Assembly (NCBI GenBank): GCA_002269645.1
Contig: NIVC01002304.1
Coordinates: 1-34,757 of the forward strand
Source of the DNA: Macrostomum lignano
Taxonomy: Eukaryota
Length of the DNA stretch: 34,757 bases
Direction of reading: 5' to 3'
The position numbers and the translations under genes are program-made. Of the stretch, positions 27,613 to 34,757 are shown in pieces (the stretch's first letter is position 1; each line of letters opens with the position of its first letter). A model generated the notes under the pieces. The model searched no databases. It saw nothing but the letters and a program-made list of their open reading frames with translations, and was not told where the DNA came from.

Positions 27613-28066
27613 CTGGATCATTCCTCAGAGCGCACAGGATAGCCCGAACTTTGACTCCGTGTCGAGCCGACCCAACCTCGAAGCCTTCTAGCACGGCTCT
27701 GAGCACGCCCTCGGCCGACAGCTCAGAGTTGGCGAACAGGCTCGGGCAGAAACGACTCTCAACGTAGCAGACACCGTTGCTGGCACAATCGGCCACGAAG
27801 TCCTGCGCCAACTGACCGATAGCTTCGCGATCGCCGGCCGCAAACTCCACCAGCTGGGGAAAATAGGCGAGAAATTCAGCCAATGATGATGGCGATTTTC
27901 GGCGCAGAAATTCGGCAAAAGCCTCCGGCGTGTCGGCCGGCGCTTTGAGCCCGCGACGCCGGGCTACTTGGAGCACCGTGGCCGGTCGGAGGGCGCCCTC
28001 CAGGTGGCAGTGCAGCTCCACGCGGTGCAAACTTTGCCGCTGAATCTCTTCAACATCGCGGGACAT
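27613..28066 (-). CDS. ADA: Adenosine deaminase, coding exon 1 (151 aa + 1 nt): MSRDVEEIQRQSLHRVELHCHLEGALRP...YVESRFCPSLF...VRAILCALRNDP
   Basis: ATG at 28066-28064 and the N-terminal Zn-binding ELHxHLxG motif. LxEFLxxF, FVADCAxxGVxYVExRxxP and V+xILCxxR segments align with animal ADA1. The last 7 aa of the listed ORF (GSFPGDS) are intronic read-through. Confidence 0.95.
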
Positions 28067-28746
28067 TGTAGGATTTCAGTGTTCTGACCGGAGACCCTGT
28101 GCTATAGAACACCCAGCTAAAACACGCTGGTGCCGCCATGCAAGCCTAATTATATTTGAAGACCAAGCGTGTAGTATACTCACACTGTACACTCCTTCCC
28201 AGCTGTAGAGCGGAGATGAAGAGCACTGTACTCTCCCTAGTAATTAGAGAAGGTTTAGAGAAGGGTGTGTAACTCTCAGTAAATTTGATAAGGCCAAATC
28301 TAAGGCAGAGCATTGGCACTGCACTTTTAGCAGTTTTTTATCTGCACAGCAAAATAGCGGCCAAAGAGAAGCATAGAAGCAAGAGAACAAAGCATATAAC
28401 TGACAAGAGAACGCTTTGAGGTTTTTACAATCAGCAACATGTTTAAGTTCCCCCCTGAAACTTTCCTCAGATCTCAGACCCAAGTGACGCCATTCACACC
28501 ACGCCCGCGGCTCTCGTCTCAACAACCTGTTGGGTGATGCAATTTGCGAGGCCCCCTGCTTAGGCTGGTGATGAGAGAGTGGAGAGTTTTGGCTAGAGTT
28601 GGATCGTTGCCAGCGGTTTTGGGGATAGAAATAGAAACTAAAATTTTGTTTAATCGTACAGTATAAAAATGAAGTGACTTTTTCAGCCTAGCGTGCTTTT
28701 GAGTCGCCCGTTTTGAATGAGTTTAAATTTTCCATAAAATTCATGT

Positions 28747-30237
28747 AGATTCATGTAGTGGAGAGGCAGATTCATATAGTGGAGAGGCAGATTGATGTAG
28801 TGGAGAAGCAGATTCATGTAGTGGAGAGGCAGATACATGTAGTGGAGGGGCAGATTCATGTAGTGGAGGGCAGATTCATGTAGTGGAGAGGCAGATTCAT
28901 GTAGTGGAGGGGCAGATTCATGTAGTGGAGGGGCAGATTCATGTAGTGGAGAGGCAGATTCATGTAGTGGAGAGGCAGATTCATGTAGTGGAGAGGCAGA
29001 TTCATGTAGTGGAGAGGCAGATTCATGTAGTGGAGAGGCAGATTCACAAAGTGGAGAGGCAGATTCATGTAGTGGAGAGGCAGATTCACAAAGTGGAGAG
29101 GCAGATTCATGTAGTGGAGAGGCAGATTCATGTAGTGGAGAGGCAGATTCATGTAGTGGAGAGGCAGATTCATGTAGTGGAGAGGCAGATTCACAAAGTG
29201 GAGAGGCAGATTCATGTAGTGGAGAGGCAGATTCACAAAGTGGAGAGGCAGATTCATGTAGTGGAGAGGCAGATTCATGTAGTGGAGAGGCAGATTCATG
29301 TAGTGGAGAGGCAGATTCATGTAGTGGAGAGGCAGATTCATGTAGTGGAGAGGCAGATTCACAAAGTGGAAAGGCAGATTCATGTAGTGGAGAGGCAGAT
29401 TCATGTAGTGGAGAAGCAGATTCATGTAGTGGAGAAGCAGATTCACAAAGTGGAGAGGCAGATTCATGTAGTGGAGAAGCAGATTCATGTAGTGGAGAGG
29501 CAGATTCATGTAGTGGAGAGGCAGATTCATGTAGTGGAGAGGCAGATTCATCTAGTGGAGAGGCAGATTCATGTAGTGGAGAGGCAGATTCATGTAGTGG
29601 AGAGGCAGATTCATCTAGTGGAGAGGCAGATTCATGTAGTGGAGAGGCAGATTCACAAAGTGGAGAGGCAGATTCATGTAGTGGAGAGGCAGATTCATGT
29701 AGTGGAGAGGCAGATTCATGTAGTGGAGAGGCAGATTCATGTAGTGGAGAGGCAGATTCATGTAGTGGAGAGGCAGATTCACAAAGTGGAAAGGCAGATT
29801 CATGTAGTGGAGAGGCAGATTCATGTAGTGGAGAAGCAGATTCACAAAGTGGAGAGGCAGATTCATGTAGTGGAGAAGCAGATTCATGTAGTGGAGAAGC
29901 AGATTCATGTAGTGGAGAGGCAGATTCATGTAGTGGAGAGGCAGATTCATGTAGTGGAGAGGCAGATTCATCTAGTGGAGAGGCAGATTCATGTAGTGGA
30001 GAGGCAGATTCACAAAGTGGAGAGGCAGATTCACAAAGTGGAGAGGCAGATTCATGTAGTGGAGAAGCAGATTCATGTAGTGGAGAGGCAGATTCACAAA
30101 GTGGAGAGGCAGATTCATGTAGTGGAGAGGCAGATTCATGTAGTGGAGAGGCAGATTCATGTAGTGGAGAAGCAGATTCATGTAGTGGAGAAGCAGATTC
30201 ATGTAGTGGAGAAGCAGATTCATGTAGTGGAGAGGCA
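28747..30237. repeat. 21-bp minisatellite, ~71 units, consensus CAGATTCATGTAGTGGAGAGG, with interspersed variant units
   Basis: Directly visible 21-nt period. It gives rise to the QIHVVER and MNLPLHY repeat ORFs in the track. Confidence 0.97.
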
Positions 30238-30621
30238 TATTCCCAGAGATTAAACAGAATAACGTTAGTTTGGTAGATGTGACAAAGAACCCAAGCTAAC
30301 TAAACCTTGAAAAACAAACTTTAGAGTAAAAAAATCATTGCAAAAATTAATAAGAGAGAAAATATTTTTATTTCTCGCAAAATTAAAATCCGACTGCATG
30401 AGACGGGCAATTAATGATTGAACAGTACATTTTAGTGCAAACACTTTGCTAGCACCTAGAAAATTGAGGCGAATAAAATGAGCAATTAATTTTGTTGCAA
30501 AATCTCAAAACAGAAGTAAATTCAGTAAAAATTGCAAGAAATATTCATATTGCCAAAATTGGGAAAAATCAAGCATGTGAACTTACTAAAGTCACTAAAA
30601 CTGATATGAGCGATTCTAATA

Positions 30622-32234
30622 AGGGATAATCCGGGAATAATCTTATAGAGATAATCTGGGACAATTCTCATGGGGATAATCTGGGAGATTCTCATGAAGA
30701 TAATCTGGAAGATTCTCATTGAGATAATCTGGGAAGATTCTCATGGGGATAATCTGGGAGATTCTCATAAAGATAATCTGGGAAGATTCTCATTGAGATA
30801 ATCTGGGACAATTCTCATGGGGATAATCTGGAAAGATTCTCATGGAGATAATCTGGGAAGATTCTCATGGAGATAATCTGGGAAGATTCTCATGGGGATA
30901 ATCTGGAAAGATTCTCATGGGGATAATCTGGAAAGATTCTCATAGGGATAATCTGGAAAGATTCTCATGGAGATAATCTGGGAAGATTCTCATGGGGATA
31001 ATCTGGGCAGATTCTGATGGGGATAATCTGGAAAGATTCTCATAGGGATAATCTGGGAAGATTTTCATGGGGATAATCTGGAAAGATTCTCATGGGGATA
31101 ATCTGGAAAGATTCTCATGGGGATAATCTGGAAAGATTCTCATAGGGATAATCTGGAAAGATTCTCATGGAGATAATCTGGAAAGATTCTCATGGGGATA
31201 ATCTGGGAAGATTTTCATGGGATAATCTGGGAAGATTTTCATGGGATAATCTGGGACGATTCTCATGGGGATAATCTGGAAAGATTCTCATGGAGATAAT
31301 CTGGGACGATTCTCATGAGGATAATCTGGGACGATTCTCATGGGGATAATCTGGAAAGATTCTCATGGGGATAATCTGGAAAGATTCTCATAGGGATAAT
31401 CTGGAAAGATTCTCATAGGGATAATCTGGAAAGATTCTCATGGAGATAATCTGGAAAGATTCTCATGGGGATAATCTGGGAAGATTTTCATGGGATAATC
31501 TGGGAAGATTTTCATGGGATAATCTGGGACGATTCTCATGGGGATAATCTGGAAAGATTCTCATGGAGATAATCTGGGACGATTCTCATGAGGATAATCT
31601 GGGACGATTCTCATGGGGATAATCTGGAAAGATTCTCATGGGGATAATCTGGAAAGATTCTCATAGGGATAATCTGGGAAGATACTCATGGGGATAATCT
31701 GGAAAGATTATCATGGGGATAATCTGGAAAGATTCTCATAGGGATAATCTGGAAAGATTCTCATGGAGATAATCTGGGCAGATTCTCATGGGGATAATCT
31801 GGAAAGATTCTCATAGGGATAATCTGGGAAGATTTTCATGGGATAATCTGGGACGATTCTCATGGTGATAATCTGGGACGATTCTCATGGGGATAATCTG
31901 GAAAGATTCTCATGGAGATAATCTGGGACGATTCTCATGAGGATAATCTGGGACGATTCTCATGGGGATAATCTGGAAAGATTCTCATGGGGATAATCTG
32001 GGAAGATTCTCAAGGGATAATCTGGAAAGATTATCATAGGGATAATCTGGGAAGATTCTCATAGGGATAATCTGGGACGATTCTTATGGGGATGATCTAG
32101 GACGATTCTCATGGGGATAATCTAGGACGATTCTCATAGGGATAATCTGGGACGATTCTCATAGGAATATATGGACGATAAAGAGCAGTATATGGGACGA
32201 TTCTCAGAAGGATCACCTGGGAAGATTCTCATGG
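30622..32234. repeat. 25-bp minisatellite, ~64 units, consensus GGGATAATCTGGAAAGATTCTCATG, degenerate at both edges
   Basis: Directly visible 24-25-nt period with recurrent variants (GGAA/GGGA, AGATT/CGATT, ATGG/ATAG/ATGA). Confidence 0.96.
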
Positions 32235-32330
32235 TCTCATTCTCATGCAAAGCAATCAACTTGATTTGACTATGCAAGTTCAGTTTCGGTTCTCGAGGTG
32301 CCCAGAAGAGCCAGTTAAGCAGAGGCGCAC

Positions 32331-32586
32331 TCAGCCGCTCTCGCAGATCGCACCGTCAGCGGAGGCGAAGTTCAAACAGGCCGAGTTGATGCAGTAGCGC
32401 TCACCAGTCGGCTGCGGCCCGTCCTGGAACACGTGGCCGAGGTGGGCGCCGCAGGAGCGGCACAGAACTTCAACGCGCGGCCGGCCAGGGATGCTGTCGT
32501 CCGGATGGCGAACGATTCTCGCCTCGGCGTCATCCGCTTTGAAAAATGCCGGCCAGCCGCAGCCGGAGTTGTACTTGTACTCAGAG
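32331..32586 (-). CDS. MSRB2: Peptide methionine-R-sulfoxide reductase (MsrB2-like), last coding exon: [84 protein letters not shown]
   Basis: Translated by hand; not in the ORF track because it lacks its own ATG. MsrB signatures: SGCGWPxF, EVxCxxCxAHLGHVFxDGP and catalytic RYCINS. Acceptor CCCCTTCAG|C at 32587/32586 and TGA at 32333-32331. Assignment to MsrB2 rather than MsrB3 is less certain than the family call. Confidence 0.93.
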
Positions 32587-32610
32587 CTGAAGGGGTGAGC
32601 AGGGTGGCCG

Positions 32611-32616
32611 GTTAGT
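32611..32616 (-). promoter_or_regulatory. Probable branch point ACTAAC of the MsrB intron
   Basis: Sense strand TAACTAAC, branch A 26 nt from the 3' splice site, followed by a pyrimidine-rich tract. Confidence 0.6.
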
Positions 32617-32624
32617 TACTTTAT

Positions 32625-32990
32625 GAGTGTGAGTGAGTGAGTGAGTGAGTGAGTGAGTGAGTGAGTGAGTCAGTCATTGTCAGTCAGTCAGTCAGTCAGT
32701 CAGTCAGTCAGACATTGTCAGTCAGTCAGTCAGTCAGTCAGTCAGTCAGTCAGTCAGTCAGTCGGTCAGTCATTAATCAGTCAGTCAGTCAGTCAGTCGG
32801 TCAGTCATTAATCAGTCAGTCAGTCAGTCAGTCAGTCAGTCAGTCAGTCATTAATCAGTCAGTCAGTCAGTCAGTCAGTCAGTCAGTCAGTCAGTCAGTC
32901 AGTCAGTCAGTCAGTCAGTCAGTCAGTCAGTCAGTCAGTCAGTCAGTCAGTCAGTCAGTCAGTCATTGGGTAAGTCAGTGAGTCAGTCAG
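32625..32990. repeat. Compound tetranucleotide microsatellite: (GAGT)~10 followed by interrupted (CAGT)~75
   Basis: Directly visible; interruptions CATTGT, CGGT, CATTAAT. Confidence 0.97.
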
Positions 32991-33354
32991 TGATCGGGTA
33001 AGTCTTTGCTAGCAGTAAGGGAAGGGCTGTCACAAATCAAGGCAGGTCGACAGTCAACTCAGCCAGCGAGAAAGTGAGCATTTATACCTACTCATTCCAC
33101 TGACTCTTAAGTCCTTGAGTATAAGCATATGCAGGCGTATACTCTGACATGGTGTATGGCAGCCTAAACCTTCTCACTATCAGGCATTATGCACTTTGTT
33201 CTGTACTTACCAGTACAGAAGCTGGACAATGTGAACAAATTACTTACAAAACAAGTTAAACTGTTACTACCAAGAAAATTAACCACTAGAAGCATTATAA
33301 AACGATCTGGCATGTAGGTAAGGTAGTAAAAAAGCTATGACATTATAAACATAC

Positions 33355-33531
33355 CGAAATAGTGAGTCTTGCAGCAAACACACGAATAAGTGCCATCTTT
33401 GAAGAATTTATCAAACTTTCCAGTGAAAGGAGCCTCAGTTCCTTTCTCACGTGTGACATGATATTGCTCAGTGTGAGTACTTGCTTCCAGTCACTATCTG
33501 ACTTGACAGTGGTCTTGTCAACAGTAGTCAT
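33355..33531 (-). CDS. MSRB2: MsrB2-like first coding exon, carrying two apparent 1-nt deletions (~33471, ~33364); repaired: [20 protein letters not shown][P][35 protein letters not shown][P]LF(R)
   Basis: The listed ORF 33343..33531 starts with a MsrB-like N-terminus ([10 protein letters not shown]) and then leaves frame. The shifted frame reads [17 protein letters not shown]...YSCVCCKT, the MsrB N-terminal signature with the first Zn CxxC. Restoring one C at each site gives 179 nt = 59 codons + 2, matching the phase-2 acceptor. May be sequencing error or pseudogenisation. Confidence 0.8.
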
Positions 33532-33554
33532 ATTTTTATAATTTAGCTAAATAT

Positions 33555-33764
33555 CTGTAAGAGAAACAATTTGAATTCAAAGCAAGCAAGTAAATTATTG
33601 AAGACAAGGTTTTATACAAAATTACTAAAAAACAGTTTGAACTTTCCAATATAGTTATTTTAAGTGGAATCTTAGATCCCAAACTATTAGAAATAATATA
33701 ACTTGGCATTATTATAAAAATTTATGCTCACATAATAGTGCTGAAATTGAAATCAGATACTTAC
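33555..33764 (-). other. Possible 5'-UTR intron of MsrB (210 nt)
   Basis: Strong donor GGGA|GTAAGT at 33764 and acceptor TTTCTCTTACAG| at 33555, 23 nt before the ATG. An in-frame TAG precedes the ATG. Based on splice-site appearance only. Confidence 0.35.
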
Positions 33765-34757
33765 TCCCATTTTGCGAAAAGCTGGACTGCTTATCATTTG
33801 TGGTCTTTATATTCATATGGGTAAAGCTGCCTACTTAAAAATTAAATTTTAAATCTTAAATTTTAAAAATAATTAGTCTACTTATTTTTCTTTAATTGAT
33901 CACATAGATACCAACAAACCATTAAGCTTTCAAAAATCATTAAAAAATTATGCTTGTAATTATGGAATAATGCAAGTTACATTTTGATAAAGTATGATAT
34001 AATCTTTATAATAAATATAATGTCTAAATAAATTAGGTACATTATGGGCAATATGCCTTGGAAAATGTACTTTTCATAAAAAATCTACCATCTTGCTTTA
34101 ACTGCTGTTTATCAAAGCATCTCCTACATAGAGAATACTAAGTCAGTCAACAAACTTATCTTTTAGAATACTCACTCATATTTATCTCTTAGAATATTCA
34201 AATTATAGGCCTGAAAAACTCTTTAAAATTCTTAATTAAAACTTATCTAGCTACAAGCTTAAGATCCTTGAGGCTCTGGCATTAAAGCTCAGTCTCCCAC
34301 TTTCAACATGCAAATTCAACATTATGCTATCATTAGCCATGTTCTCTGTTTTTAATTAATTTTTTGAAAGAGAAAACATAGATATGATACTATACTGTTT
34401 TTAACTTTTTATTCTTTTTATTTATTCTCATTTTTGCTGGTTCAACTTTGGGACAATCATCAATTTTGTCTATCCTTATATCCAGTATTTGGAGTGACAT
34501 AGTGCAACTTTTTGCACCTGCTTAAAAATTTTGCGCCTCAGTTTCTAGAGGTTCATATATAGGTATTGTATGTACAACTAGAAAAAAGCCACCACTTGAA
34601 TATTCTACTTTTTATGTGCTATAAAAATGAAAAAAGCACAAAGAAAAGCAAATACAAATTTTCCTTTCCATGAAATTTTAATTTGAAATTTTTGGCTGTT
34701 TTTTGTTTGGTTGTCTTGTATTTTCACACAAAATGAAGTCACAAAGTAGAAACACAA

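Larger units (their letters stand above)
32587..33354 (-). other. GT-AG intron of MsrB (768 nt, phase 2) containing the compound microsatellite
   Basis: Donor CG|GTATGT at 33354 and acceptor TTCAG| at 32587. The join gives CG|C = Arg and the canonical PLFxSExKYxSG sequence. Confidence 0.8.

Noticed and set aside
27074-27918. Short ORFs 27074..27271 (+) and 27688..27918 (-)
   Set aside because: One is intronic antisense and the other an alternative frame within ADA exon 1; both have non-ATG starts and no motifs.
28050-28139. Out-of-frame upstream ORF (29 codons) overlapping the ADA start
   Set aside because: Present in sequence, but the transcription start is unknown. A TATA-like ATATAA at ~28150 or trans-splicing would exclude this ATG from the mRNA.
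28244-28525. 93-aa minus-strand ORF upstream of ADA
   Set aside because: Non-ATG start, no recognisable domain in any frame I translated, no convincing splice link to ADA. Could be a repeat fragment, but I cannot support that.
28856-30253. 456-aa QIHVVER and MNLPLHY repeat ORFs as real proteins
   Set aside because: These are by-products of a 21-bp unit. A third frame (DSCSGEA) is equally open, variants are not preferentially synonymous in any frame, the plus ORF starts at GTG inside the array, and edge units have indels.
28621-30620. MITE or DNA transposon carrying the 21-bp array
   Set aside because: Only short inverted matches (e.g. AGTGACTTT/AAAGTCACT, GCCCGT/ACGGGC) at chance level; no clear TIR or target-site duplication.
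28747-32234. Common ancestry of the 21-, 25- and 60-bp units (shared AGATTC..CATG, TTCTCAT, TGTAGT)
   Set aside because: Shared words are only 6-7 nt and the units do not align overall.
32331-32333. TGA as selenocysteine in MsrB
   Set aside because: The catalytic residue is an ordinary Cys (RYCINS) and the TGA lies after the domain ends; no SECIS recognised.
30522-32981. ORFs 30522..30719, 32433..32615 and 32661..32981 (SQSV repeat)
   Set aside because: These derive from the minisatellite edge, the MsrB antisense strand and the CAGT microsatellite respectively.
34156-34200. 19-bp imperfect direct repeat (TTATCTTTTAGAATACTCA / TTATCTCTTAGAATATTCA) and AT-rich quasi-palindromes near 33835-33870
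   Set aside because: Small local duplications in very AT-rich DNA; no functional evidence.

Overview
Eukaryotic (animal-type, spliceosomal) genomic DNA, about 86% tandem repeat. Bases 1-26330 are a non-coding 60-bp satellite (~439 monomers) whose central 21,660 bp appear perfectly invariant by eye. The last ~8.4 kb holds two minus-strand, two-coding-exon genes that the ORF track only partly captures. One is an intact adenosine deaminase (exons 28066-27613 and 26965-26367, 350 aa). The other is a MsrB2-like methionine-R-sulfoxide reductase (exons 33531-33355 and 32586-32331, 144 aa after repairing two single-C deletions). Between and within them lie a 21-bp minisatellite, a 25-bp minisatellite and a (GAGT)n/(CAGT)n microsatellite. 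I found no prokaryotic, CRISPR, RNA-gene or recognisable transposon features, and no convincing evidence of a new multi-gene system. The best leads are: (1) the two MsrB exons fit exactly in phase but differ sharply in codon composition (GC3 ~39% vs ~80%); (2) both genes run almost directly into tandem arrays with no canonical poly(A) signal; (3) the ADA has adenine-deaminase-like HLEG/NSDDP residues; (4) the same linked variant signature sits at both ends of the giant satellite; (5) an intronic microsatellite is effectively an array of branch-point motifs. The organism cannot be identified from sequence alone. GC-rich exons among dense tandem repeats are reminiscent of a flatworm such as Macrostomum, but that is only a guess. 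All counts were made by hand.
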